DNA of 31,815 nucleotides from Candidatus Thorarchaeota archaeon (GCA_038893995.1 JAWAQK010000026.1:1-31815); one strand, 5' to 3'; positions 19,031 through 28,329 are shown, numbered from the stretch's first letter. The notes: generated by a model from the sequence alone, not told the origin. Made by a program: numbers and translations.

Positions 19031-20752
19031 ATGCGGCGCCCGCTGATCATTCAGGTCATGTTGTTCGCCATGGGGATTGCGACTTCGTTAGTCCTCATGC
19101 TGAGGGGGAACCTGATGGAGGCCCCCTTTGGAATACTGTTCAGCCCGTTTGTTGGACTGCTTGCTCAGGTCGAATGGGTGCTCCTTGTGCAGCCCCTCAG
19201 CATACTGATACTCATCGCAGGGATTGTCTCATTCGCACTCTTTGTGCTGTTCCCTGGACTCATCCTGTCATATCTCATCTATCCTCATCTACTGATCTAC
19301 ACTAGAGTCCTCATTGGGACATTCCTCACACTCATTCTCATCTATTTCCCGACCACAGTCTTTCTGCTCTTAGGTATCCCACCACCATTCTTTCTGCTCG
19401 GGGGGCCAATCTCACTCAGTCTGGCCATGATACTCTTTAGACCGGCCCTGTTAGGACAACTCCAGCGTGATGTTATCAAGTGGCTGTCATGGCTGAGACA
19501 TGACGTGACAGACCGGAGCCACGCATGGTTCTGGATGGCTGTCTCGTTCCTCGTACTTACGCGCTTAGCGCTCTTCTCTTTCACAGACTCCTATTCGTCA
19601 GACTCGGCCGCTTATGTAGACTATTCGAGAGCCATAGGCATGGGTATATTCCTCAGGGGGTACGAGATTGTCCACCCACCTGGCTATCCCCTCCTATGCA
19701 TGCCCTTCGTATGGATGAGTGGTGGTCCGACCTGGGGGTTGGCTGTGGCAAGCTGGGTCCTCGCATCCATCGCTCTGTTCGGCGCGGTACCTCTGGTGGA
19801 TCGGTTGCGTAGAAACTGGCCCACGACGAGAAAACCCCCTCTGAGAGTCCTCGTACTGACGGTGTTGTCTGTACCATGGCTCACCATCCTCATGTCAAGC
19901 ATCCTCTCTGAGTCTACCCTGCTGTTTCTGACCCTCGTTGGTGCATGCTCGGTCGGAGAGAGACTCACGCACAGGGAGGCATTGCTCGGTTTGGCGTCCG
20001 GACTGGCCTACCTTGTCCGGCCCACACATGCCCTCATGTTCATATCCTTCATGATCTGGCCCCTGTGGGAGAATCGCGGTTCCGCGGTCATGTTCGTGAA
20101 GACCGGCCTGAGATCGCTCACAGTCGTCCTCCCTGTAGCCCCAAGACTCATCCGCAACCTGCTCGTGAAGGGCGTACTGCTCGACGAGCCCGACCTACAG
20201 TTCTTTGGAATGCACAATGTGGTGCCAGTCGCTCGAGTGATAGTGTCATTTGTGATCAACTCGGACTACGGCTTCTTCCCACTACTCTTTCTGTTTCCGT
20301 TGCTCTGGGTGCTGCCCGGGGTTGTGAGGAGAATCGGGAAGCTCAGTTCTGAGATACTGTCCTGGATACTGTTCTGTGTACTCAGTACGACAACATTTCT
20401 TCTCTGGCCAACCCTACAGCCCCGGTTCTTCGCATTCATGATATGGATGGTGCCCACCGTCCTTGTCCTCGAGGCGTGGCAAAGAGAATGGTATCTAGTG
20501 GTGTACTCCCTCATCGGCTGGATGCTACTGATAGTTGGAGCTATTCAGTACTCGTCAACTGGATGGCTCATCGACATGTCCAGTAGTCATCTGACACTGG
20601 TCCCCGGCATAGTCCGTGAGTACCCAGATCCACTCTTGCTCATGGCGGCGCCGCTGGGTCTGGTGGCCCTACTGATACTGCTGTCGTACGACGTAGGTTG
20701 GTCCAGTCGTCCATCCAGGCTGAGTGTGGATTCACCTGTCCCCGAACGCTAA
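19031..20752 (+). CDS. GT-C fold integral membrane glycosyltransferase (PMT/ArnT/GT39-GT83-like)
   Basis: More than 12 TM segments. External-loop SDSAAY, HPPGYPLL, LSESTLLFL, GLAYLVRP and QPRFF match the motif order of lipid-phosphate-sugar-dependent GT-C enzymes. Confidence 0.7.
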   Translation: MRRPLIIQVMLFAMGIATSLVLMLRGNLMEAPFGILFSPFVGLLAQVEWVLLVQPLSILILIAGIVSFALFVLFPGLILSYLIYPHLLIYTRVLIGTFLTLILIYFPTTVFLLLGIPPPFFLLGGPISLSLAMILFRPALLGQLQRDVIKWLSWLRHDVTDRSHAWFWMAVSFLVLTRLALFSFTDSYSSDSAAYVDYSRAIGMGIFLRGYEIVHPPGYPLLCMPFVWMSGGPTWGLAVASWVLASIALFGAVPLVDRLRRNWPTTRKPPLRVLVLTVLSVPWLTILMSSILSESTLLFLTLVGACSVGERLTHREALLGLASGLAYLVRPTHALMFISFMIWPLWENRGSAVMFVKTGLRSLTVVLPVAPRLIRNLLVKGVLLDEPDLQFFGMHNVVPVARVIVSFVINSDYGFFPLLFLFPLLWVLPGVVRRIGKLSSEILSWILFCVLSTTTFLLWPTLQPRFFAFMIWMVPTVLVLEAWQREWYLVVYSLIGWMLLIVGAIQYSSTGWLIDMSSSHLTLVPGIVREYPDPLLLMAAPLGLVALLILLSYDVGWSSRPSRLSVDSPVPER

Positions 20753-21053
20753 CGATCCCCAACACGTGCAATGATCCACTAGTCTCCTCCTGACGCCGTA
20801 TCTACGCCCAGACGATTACTGGACAGCGCGACCGCGGTACTGGCTGGACGAGTTCGCGACAGGAATAAAAGACACGTTCCCCCGGCTGTGTGTATCGGTT
20901 CTTGACGGAGCCTACTTCTATGTGCCTCAAGGGACGGTGAGAAGATGACAAGGGTCGTCCTAATAGGCAGCGAGCCCGAACGCATGACAAGGCTGAGACG
21001 GACATGCCGTAGACTCCGATCCCTTGGCATCGACGTGAGTGTCCTGAACCCAT
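20488..21053 (+). repeat. Copy 1 of a ~565-bp diverged direct duplication (GT-C 3' end + intergenic + GT4 5' end)
   Basis: Shares near-identical blocks with 22578-23142, for example tcaactggatggctc..cgacatgtccagtagtcatctgacactggtccccggcat, cgacaggaataaaa, gaacgcatgacaaggctgag and ctccgatcccttggcatcga.gtgagtgtcctgaacccat. Confidence 0.9.
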
Positions 21054-21163
21054 GCGGGTCCGATGGAAGAAGACTCAGAGATTCCTCAACGTACGGACTC
21101 TCTCTGGACCTTCTCAGCAGAATATGGACTCCATTTGCGCCGAGCAAGACCAAGTCACTCTAG
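20945..21163 (+). pseudogene. 5' remnant of the GT4 gene at 23034
   Basis: MTRVVLIGSEPERMTRLRRTCRRLRSLGIDVSVLNP versus MRRVVLVGSEPERMTRLRRTYSSLRSLGIDVSVLNP. Similarity is lost after about 36 codons. Confidence 0.85.
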
Positions 21164-21211
21164 GTGACACGTGGGGAACGCCTGAGCCCCGGAGTCCCTT
21201 GTCGTGACCAT

Positions 21212-22474
21212 TCAGACTGAGTCCCCATGTGTTGCACAATGATGGTACGGAACTGAATCTTCTACCAGATAATGTTCCGCGCCTGGTCCATGTGTGAGAT
21301 ATCCCTGACCATCAAATGCCATCAGTACTCTTGCCTCCCGAACATGTGTGATCCTCACAGTCGGATAACCCCCTGAAGGCTCAGTTGGCTCTCTCTGTTT
21401 CAAGCATCCCTCTTTGTAAACTTGGACGATCTTGTCGACGATTCTTCTACCGGCACCTTCTTGATAGGTGACCGGGGTTGTCACTCGGGTGGTCTGTAGT
21501 GCATCATGTGCTGCCTTGACAATTGCCTCGTCGTCTGCAGCGACAAGTCTGTTGAGACCAGACCATATCGTTTCGGGCCACTCCGTACTGTTCCTTACAG
21601 TGATTGTCTGTTTGCCCAGAAGGGCCGCCTCCTCCTGCACACCACCACTATCAGTAATCACGAGTCTGGAATTGACTAGCAGGTTGACGAAGCTGACATA
21701 GCCCATTGGAGCGATCAATTCCAGATTCGAACTGGGCCCTGGCTCGATATGGAATCTCCTCATCTGTTTCATGGTGCGGGGATGAACGGGGAAGACGCAC
21801 TTGATGGGAAGACGGTCAAGGGCACGGACTATGTTCTTGAGTCGGTCTCTACTGTCAGTATTACTGGGCCTGTGAATCGTGGCCACGCAGTAGGGATCTT
21901 CGTAGGGGGGTTTCCTGCTGGCTGTCAGTCGCAGTCCCTCCTTGAGGGCTTCTAGCGCTGTGTTACCGACCAGTTCAGTGCGCTCAGGTCCTCTGCCCTC
22001 TCGGATGAGGTTGTAGTAAGCTGTTTCGCTGGATGCAAACATGAGGTCTGCTATCGAGTCTATGATGATTCGGTTGTTTTCCTCCGGCATTGTTCGGTCA
22101 AAAGACCTACAACCCGCTTCGACATGACCAAGGGCTACCCCTGTCAGCGATGCTGCCAGTGCACACCCCAGTGCCGTGTTGGTGTCGCCCTGAACCAAGA
22201 CGAGATCTACTCCTTCCTTTGAGAGCACATCCACAGTGCGAGACGCAGTCTCAGTCGTTTGCAGGACTGGGGTATGTGACCCTACACCCAGGTGGTAGTC
22301 CGGTTCACTCAGGGCCAGTTCCTCGAAGAAGATGCGAGACATCTCGTAGTCGTAGTGCTGGTTCGTGTGTATCACAATTGTTTCGATACAATCTCTGCTT
22401 CTCAGCTCTCTTAGGACAGACCACATCTTGACTATTTCGGGACGGGTGCCGATGGCCACTGCTACTTTCAGCAT
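21212..22474 (-). CDS. wecB: UDP-N-acetylglucosamine 2-epimerase (non-hydrolysing)
   Basis: GTRPEIVK, HTNQHYD, VQGDTNT, HVEAGCRSFD..MPEE.NR, TIHRPSN, FPVHPRT, TDSGGVQEEA, R.STEWPE. Confidence 0.95.
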   Translation of the reverse strand: MLKVAVAIGTRPEIVKMWSVLRELRSRDCIETIVIHTNQHYDYEMSRIFFEELALSEPDYHLGVGSHTPVLQTTETASRTVDVLSKEGVDLVLVQGDTNTALGCALAASLTGVALGHVEAGCRSFDRTMPEENNRIIIDSIADLMFASSETAYYNLIREGRGPERTELVGNTALEALKEGLRLTASRKPPYEDPYCVATIHRPSNTDSRDRLKNIVRALDRLPIKCVFPVHPRTMKQMRRFHIEPGPSSNLELIAPMGYVSFVNLLVNSRLVITDSGGVQEEAALLGKQTITVRNSTEWPETIWSGLNRLVAADDEAIVKAAHDALQTTRVTTPVTYQEGAGRRIVDKIVQVYKEGCLKQREPTEPSGGYPTVRITHVREARVLMAFDGQGYLTHGPGAEHYLVEDSVPYHHCATHGDSV

Positions 22475-22577
22475 AGATATTCACCGTAGACCTGCCGGCA
22501 ACACGTCTGATCGCGCATAAAAATAGAACTTGTGCTAGACAGCAGGCTGCGTCGGGAACTGCACCCGGACGCATCGC

Positions 22578-22790
22578 ATGGTGCCTGTTGGTGTACTCTC
22601 TTGTTGGATGGATACTACTGGTAGCTGGGGGCCATTCAATACTCATCTCAACTGGATGGCTCTCCGACATGTCCAGTAGTCATCTGACACTGGTCCCCGG
22701 CATGGTCCGCGAGTATCCATTCCTCATCTCCACTATTGTGTGCGCCTCTGGGTCTGGTAGCCCTGCCGATTCTGTTGCTGTCGAACGACC
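22578..22790 (+). pseudogene. 3' remnant of the GT-C membrane gene (19031..20752)
   Basis: VYSLVGWILLVAGG...STGWLSDMSSSHLTLVPGMVREYP versus VYSLIGWMLLIVGA...STGWLIDMSSSHLTLVPGIVREYP, then protein-level similarity is lost. Confidence 0.85.
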
Positions 22791-23142
22791 TACGACTGTC
22801 AGGGCGTTTCGTCCAGACATGACATGGGGTCACCCACAATGGAGGGCCACGATGGTTCTCAGATACGACATTCAGTCCGTTCTTGATACTGGGCGTGGGC
22901 GCACATGACGGCCAAGTGGGGCGACTGCAGTAGATGCCAACAGGCTCACGACAGGAATAAAAAAGGTGTGTTCCCTGGGCCCTGCACGTCAGTCCTGAGT
23001 CTGCTTCTGTATTTCCTCAGGGGCAGTGAGAAGATGAGAAGAGTTGTTCTCGTGGGTAGTGAGCCTGAACGCATGACAAGGCTGAGGCGAACATACAGTA
23101 GCCTCCGATCCCTTGGCATCGATGTGAGTGTCCTGAACCCAT
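22578..23142 (+). repeat. Copy 2 of the diverged direct duplication
   Basis: Offset from copy 1 is 2090 nt at the left end and 2089 nt at the right end. Confidence 0.9.
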
Positions 23143-24083
23143 ATTCCGTTCCGAGAGGGCGACCCAGGCTTCTCACTGCGCTGGTCAGATACCTGCTGAT
23201 AATGGTCCAACTGGTCCTCCTCCGAGCGGACGTATATCATCTATACAATGTACCAGACCTGATTGGGCTCCCCCTCCTGCTGAAGAGGGGCATGCTGGTC
23301 TACGATGTGAGATCGCCCTGGTTCTCGACCGTCAGAGAGTCCCTCGGTGGCGACATCCTGTGGCGGTTCGCTGAAACCGTAGAGTGGATGCTGACTAGAA
23401 GAGCTGACTATGTGGTCACGGCCAATACCCCTCTTGCCATGCGAGCCAGAAGATGGGGCGCCAGACGTGTCATGGTGGTGCCAAACTATCCCCCGACCAG
23501 CTTCAGATCTCGTCGGACGCGAGAAGAGATGCGTGTCCAGCTTGGCCTTGGGGCTGGACCAGTGATCGCATTTGTGGGGAAGATCTCCCGTCTTGAGGGC
23601 TCTGAGCTCCTAAAGCGTATCATTGGAGAGGTCTGCCGCTCTCATCCAGAGGTTGTGTTTCTCATCGTTGGAGATGGTCCTGCAAGGGCTTCTCTGGAGC
23701 AGTTCATCAGGTCACGTGGACTCACGCAACGTGTGCGTTTCGTAGGATGGGTTGCTCATTCGGAGGTACCGGACTACATTGTCGCTGCAGATCTGTGCCT
23801 GCTTCCGCGCCTCTGGACCTCATTCTCCCCCTACACGACACCTGAGAACATTCTGAAGGTCAACGAGTATCTTGCGCTCTCGAGGCCTGTAGTTGCCCCG
23901 AAGATGGGGGGCTTCTCCGACGCCTCCTTTCCGGTGATTGCAGTGCCTCCTGAGAGGATGGGCCAGGCTGTCCTTGACTACCTCAGAGACCCACGCCCGT
24001 TTCCCGACACTGAGCGTCCCACTTGGCAGGTGAGTGAGTCGCGGCTGGCGCAGGTATATCGTGAACTGGGCGTATTGGCATGA
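23034..24083 (+). CDS. Glycosyltransferase family 4
   Basis: VYDVR, ADYVVTAN, VVPNY, FVGKISRLEG, FLIVGDGP, VRFVGWVAHSEVPDYIVAADLCLLP, KVNEYLALSRPVV. Start reassigned to ATG 23034. Confidence 0.92.
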   Translation: MRRVVLVGSEPERMTRLRRTYSSLRSLGIDVSVLNPYSVPRGRPRLLTALVRYLLIMVQLVLLRADVYHLYNVPDLIGLPLLLKRGMLVYDVRSPWFSTVRESLGGDILWRFAETVEWMLTRRADYVVTANTPLAMRARRWGARRVMVVPNYPPTSFRSRRTREEMRVQLGLGAGPVIAFVGKISRLEGSELLKRIIGEVCRSHPEVVFLIVGDGPARASLEQFIRSRGLTQRVRFVGWVAHSEVPDYIVAADLCLLPRLWTSFSPYTTPENILKVNEYLALSRPVVAPKMGGFSDASFPVIAVPPERMGQAVLDYLRDPRPFPDTERPTWQVSESRLAQVYRELGVLA

Positions 24084-24166
24084 CACAGCTGGAGGTGTGC
24101 TGAGCCACCAATTTGCAGTCACGTATATAGAGGAATGCGAGCTAGCGAGAGGCCGAAGGTGAGTCG

Positions 24167-25186
24167 GTGCGCATACTGTTTGCCAGCCATAAGGGACTGC
24201 CAGATCACCGAATAGAACGAGCTGCGCAAGTGGCCAGAGCCGCTGGACACACGGTGACCTTCCTTGGGCTCGGAACTACCCGTCAACCACTGTTGAATGT
24301 CTTTGAGTCCCTGACCATGCTCCGGTCCATAAACAACAGACAGGCCGCACTCGACCAGAGGATCCGCATGGAGTGGGCCGATGCAGTCAGGCAGATCGAT
24401 CCGGACCTGGTCCACGCGAGCAACATCATTGCGGCGCACTTCACAGATAGGCTTGACATGCCAATGGTCTATGACGATCACGAGTACTGGAGCGCCCAAA
24501 GAATAGTCTACCAGAACTGGCCCGCCTGGAAGAGACTGGCTATACGCCCGTTCCTGGAGAGCATTCCCAGATGGGAGCGGGAAATAGTGTCCCGACACGT
24601 CACCATCACAGTCAGTGAGCCTATCGCAGCAGAACACAGACGTTACGGCCCGAATGTGTTTGTGTTGCCCAATTACTCAAGCCTTGTCGAGGTAAAGGAC
24701 CTCCCTGTCAACCCCCAAAGAGTGGGGATCGCGTACGTCGGAGATGACTTTGTCCGTCCTCGATTCTCGCCTCATCGTGACATGACCGGCCTCCGCGAAC
24801 ATGTCTCGTTCGATGACTTTCACGGCCTCCCGAGAGACGAGCTCTATCGACGGTTGACCAGGTACAAGTTTGGACTAGTACCGTTTCGCGACTCCGCTTA
24901 CTCCAGGTATATCGCGTGTTCAAAGACGTTCGACTACCTAAACTGTGGGCTGCAGGTGCTCATGACCCGGACTTTATACGAGTCTCATGGTCGACTGCCA
25001 TTCACCCATGCCTTCGACAGTTATGATGAGATAGAGCCGCTCACAAGGAGGCTGCCTCATGTCGATCCAGCCGAGATAATGCATTATGCCCACGAGAATC
25101 TGGTCTGGGAGGCGCAGAGTGACAAACTGCTGGCTGCCTACGAACTTGAGCTCCAGCTACATGGGGCTGGTCGCGGGCAACGGTGA
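24167..25186 (+). CDS. Divergent GT-B glycosyltransferase (paralogue of 17400..18395)
   Basis: MRILFA...DHRIERAA...DPDLVHASN...VYDDHEYWS...VLPNY...KTFDYLNCGLQVL...NLVWE. AAGGTGA RBS upstream. Confidence 0.82.
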   Translation: MRILFASHKGLPDHRIERAAQVARAAGHTVTFLGLGTTRQPLLNVFESLTMLRSINNRQAALDQRIRMEWADAVRQIDPDLVHASNIIAAHFTDRLDMPMVYDDHEYWSAQRIVYQNWPAWKRLAIRPFLESIPRWEREIVSRHVTITVSEPIAAEHRRYGPNVFVLPNYSSLVEVKDLPVNPQRVGIAYVGDDFVRPRFSPHRDMTGLREHVSFDDFHGLPRDELYRRLTRYKFGLVPFRDSAYSRYIACSKTFDYLNCGLQVLMTRTLYESHGRLPFTHAFDSYDEIEPLTRRLPHVDPAEIMHYAHENLVWEAQSDKLLAAYELELQLHGAGRGQR

Positions 25187-25213
25187 CAGTAGCACCGTGC
25201 CCCTCGGTATCGA

Positions 25214-26785
25214 TCAGATCAGACCCGCCTTCTGTGCGAATCTCCTGTATCCCTTCATCAGCAGCTTGACGATGTTGAGCCTCAGGTTGAACAGGATGCG
25301 CTCAGCCTCCGTGCCCTCCTTGAAGAGGCGTCCAAACTCTCTTGCGTACTCGTCCTCACCCTGCGTGGAGACTAGCCTCTTCACAGCGCCTGGAGTGAAG
25401 AAGAGTTCAACATCGGGATTCTCAGCCCTATGTGAAATGACCTCGATTCTGTCCCTGTCAGTCACGTGGACGTGGAACCTGTCTCCCCTGATATCATAGT
25501 CGATCACAGCGTCCTTCTTGAGTCCCTCGAATATCTTGGGATGAGCAGCAAGGTAGTCCATGAACTCTCTCTTCAGGAGGTTCTCCTCCTGAGTGCGTGG
25601 TCGTGGACCGGCCTTCAGGTATGGGAGCAGGAATGTCGGTAGGTCCATTATCTTGAGACTGCTCCCGCGTGACTCTGCCCCGTCCTCAAGTCCCCGATGA
25701 CAGAATGGGCATGCGGTCAATAGGACCTGTGCACCGGTCCGTTCAGCCTCCTCGACCCGGTCCGCCGCTATCTCATCGGCAAGTTCACCATATGTGCCCT
25801 TGACACCTCCGCCTGACCCACAGCAGTGAGCGTACCTCTTGTTAGTTTCCATCTCGACCAGCTCAACGTTGCTGACGGACTGGATCACTCTCCTTGGGGC
25901 CTCATACACTCCTGCATGACGTCCCAGGTGACATGGATCATGGTAGGTGACTCTGATTGGTGAGGGTGCCTCAAAGTGGACTACACCCTGCTTGACAAGC
26001 TCGTCGAGATACTCAGTCACATGGAGCACTCTGAATGGATACTTGAGTCCCTGCGCGGGGAAATCCTGTTTCCATGTCCTGAAACAGCCCGCACAGGCAG
26101 TCACGAGAGTCCTTGCACCAGTCCTTACGATGGCGTCAATGTTGTGTTTTGCTAGGCTCTTGAAGGACTGGGTACGGCCCAGTCTCAGTAGCACTGAACC
26201 GCAGCATCTCTCGTTCGGAATGACTGTGAAGTTCAGTCCGAGTCTGTCGAAGATCTCGACAGTCGTCCTCGCAATCTCCTTCTCCCTGTACGCACTTGTG
26301 CAACCGACGAAATAGACGACGTCGGCTCTCTCGGGCCATTTCCTGTCGCCAAAGACAAGTGACCTCGTGTCCTCACTCTCTCTGTACGGGTTGCCGTTGT
26401 TGACTATCGACTCTTCGATCTCTACATGCTTGGGGATAGCAAAGCCATTCTCAACCAGGTCTCTCCTGAGCGCCTCCATCATCTCAGGAACTCTGATGCC
26501 CTCGGCAGTGGCCGTGCATGTCTCCTGGCAGTTCTTGCAGGTGGTGCAGGTGTATGCCCAGTCAACGATGTTCTGGTCAACCTCGAGTTCTCCATTCAGA
26601 AGGTCGTCCAGGATCATGACCCTGCCGCGAGAAGAGTATGCTTCAAAGCCAAGTATATTCTTCACAGCACAGGGATGGTAGACATCCCTTCCGCTTGCCT
26701 CTATCTTGTCGGCCAGAGAGCAGTCTCCGCATCTGCCGCACACCCAAAGGTCGTCCGCATACTGCCTGACATGTCTGAGCTCCAT
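25214..26785 (-). CDS. HdrD/GlpC/GlcF-like Fe-S oxidoreductase (ferredoxin-like + two CCG domains) with a C-terminal SCP2-like extension
   Basis: CGRCGDC...C, CTTCKNCQETC, YFVGC, ERCCGS, TACAGC, YHDPCHLGR, HCCGSGGG, TACPFC, plus about 120 extra C-terminal residues. Start ATG 26785 lies 1 nt after the upstream stop. Confidence 0.9.
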   Translation of the reverse strand: MELRHVRQYADDLWVCGRCGDCSLADKIEASGRDVYHPCAVKNILGFEAYSSRGRVMILDDLLNGELEVDQNIVDWAYTCTTCKNCQETCTATAEGIRVPEMMEALRRDLVENGFAIPKHVEIEESIVNNGNPYRESEDTRSLVFGDRKWPERADVVYFVGCTSAYREKEIARTTVEIFDRLGLNFTVIPNERCCGSVLLRLGRTQSFKSLAKHNIDAIVRTGARTLVTACAGCFRTWKQDFPAQGLKYPFRVLHVTEYLDELVKQGVVHFEAPSPIRVTYHDPCHLGRHAGVYEAPRRVIQSVSNVELVEMETNKRYAHCCGSGGGVKGTYGELADEIAADRVEEAERTGAQVLLTACPFCHRGLEDGAESRGSSLKIMDLPTFLLPYLKAGPRPRTQEENLLKREFMDYLAAHPKIFEGLKKDAVIDYDIRGDRFHVHVTDRDRIEVISHRAENPDVELFFTPGAVKRLVSTQGEDEYAREFGRLFKEGTEAERILFNLRLNIVKLLMKGYRRFAQKAGLI

Positions 26786-26786
26786 C

Positions 26787-28211
26787 TTACTCCACCCCCG
26801 TGAACACATCTGGACAGAGGATGCCCTTTGGATCAAGGGCATTCTTTATTGTCCTGTACACATTCATGAATTCGGGCCGCGTCTGCGCGAGGGCCCGGTC
26901 CTCCCAGAGGAGTCCGTTCCAGTAGGGACATCCGCCAGTCTCGATGATGGCATCTAGCATCTCGTTCCATGCCGCTAGTGCAGGCTCCATCTTCTCTCTG
27001 GTGGGGGCAAACAGGGTCACCCAGCCAGTCGCGTAGGTCCTTTCCGATCCCAGGCAGCTGGCTATCCACTTTATTCCCTTCTTGGTGAGACTGTGTTTCT
27101 TGAATATCGCCCACATCCTGTCCATCAATGTTGGGATTGACGGAATCGGCCTGAGGTGACAGGTATTGAGCCAGAAGCCATTGTTGTAGAGTGGTTGAAC
27201 GAGATTGAACATCTCACGCCAGTGCATCTGAGATGCAAAGTTTCCCAGGTCCTTTCCATTGTGTGCGAGTGCTATCTCTCTGACAATCTCGATCTTCCGT
27301 TGAGCAAGGGCCTCATCAGTCTCCTGGACTATGGCGGCAAACATGGCATTGACATCCTTGTAACTGTCCAGGAAGCCCGGGAAGAACGTGTCTGTGGACT
27401 CCCTGTCAGCCAACAGGTTCAGTTCCTCGGTCAGCCCCCTCTTCTGGATCTCGAAGAAGGCTGCCACTGCATCTCTGAGGTTCGTGAATCCAAAGTCACC
27501 ATAGGTGATGTGGTCTGCCCTCGGATAGATCTTCAACGTGGCCTTTGTCTTCACACCCAGCGTGCCATGGTCTCCGAGAAATAGTCCCGTGAGATCGTTG
27601 TAGGTGGAATAGCGCCCAAACAAGCGAGCATTCCTGTTCCAGCCTGTCCCTGTCTGAAGTACAGTTCCATCGGCCAGGACCACTTCCAGCGATATGACAC
27701 TCTCCGGCGAGGGGCCGAACTTGGACGCAGCATAACCGATGCTGTTTACGCTCAGGGACCCTCCCACAGTGCCCACGTTCCCGCCGTACGGCCCCCTGAA
27801 GCCGAGCCTGTAGCCTTTCTCGACGAGCCTGTGGATCAGTTCTGCCCATCTGATGCCCGTCTCGACAGTGACGGTCATGACATCTTCGTTGATGCTGACA
27901 ACTCTGTCCATCTTGACCATGTCGAGCATCACAGCACCATCCACTCGCGGAAGGCATGCTCCGCAGATACCATTCCTCCCTCCTGCAGCCACGAGTGGAG
28001 TACCAGTATCTGAACACAGTTTCACTATCTGCTGCACCTCTTCGACCGACGTCGGCATGACAACGATACCGGGCCTTCTGGCGGTCAGATGAGAGGCATC
28101 GTGGCTGTAGGCAGATATGACAAGTCGACTATCAGTGACTCTGTCGTCGCCTATCATGGATGCCAGCCTATCGTAGAGGGGGTGAGTGTGTTGGGCCTTG
28201 GCCACATTCAT
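26787..28211 (-). CDS. FAD-binding oxidoreductase (FAD_binding_4 / VAO-GlcD-alkyl-DHAP synthase superfamily)
   Basis: YSHD...PGIVVMPTSVEEVQQIVK, GGRNG, TVTVETG, TVGGSLS, SLEVVLADG, DLTGLFLGDHGTLGVKTKATLK, IKNALDPKGILCP. Start ATG 28211 after GAGGT. Confidence 0.92.
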   Translation of the reverse strand: MNVAKAQHTHPLYDRLASMIGDDRVTDSRLVISAYSHDASHLTARRPGIVVMPTSVEEVQQIVKLCSDTGTPLVAAGGRNGICGACLPRVDGAVMLDMVKMDRVVSINEDVMTVTVETGIRWAELIHRLVEKGYRLGFRGPYGGNVGTVGGSLSVNSIGYAASKFGPSPESVISLEVVLADGTVLQTGTGWNRNARLFGRYSTYNDLTGLFLGDHGTLGVKTKATLKIYPRADHITYGDFGFTNLRDAVAAFFEIQKRGLTEELNLLADRESTDTFFPGFLDSYKDVNAMFAAIVQETDEALAQRKIEIVREIALAHNGKDLGNFASQMHWREMFNLVQPLYNNGFWLNTCHLRPIPSIPTLMDRMWAIFKKHSLTKKGIKWIASCLGSERTYATGWVTLFAPTREKMEPALAAWNEMLDAIIETGGCPYWNGLLWEDRALAQTRPEFMNVYRTIKNALDPKGILCPDVFTGVE

Positions 28212-28329
28212 GGAAATACCTCTGGTGGAGTGGTCTAGTACGCACATAAGTATCCAGCGGAAGATACATGTGTTTCCCGAGTGACAACCTTTAATGCAGC
28301 CCAGCACACGCCAGGCTTGAGGCCACGAC

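Noticed and set aside
22588-22908. 106-aa ORF as an independent gene
   Set aside because: It is the decayed duplicate of the GT-C 3' end.
25214-26785. Heterodisulfide reductase HdrD implying methanogenesis
   Set aside because: CCG domains are shared with GlcF/GlpC-type proteins. The partner here is an FAD oxidoreductase, with no hdrE or mcr genes in the window.
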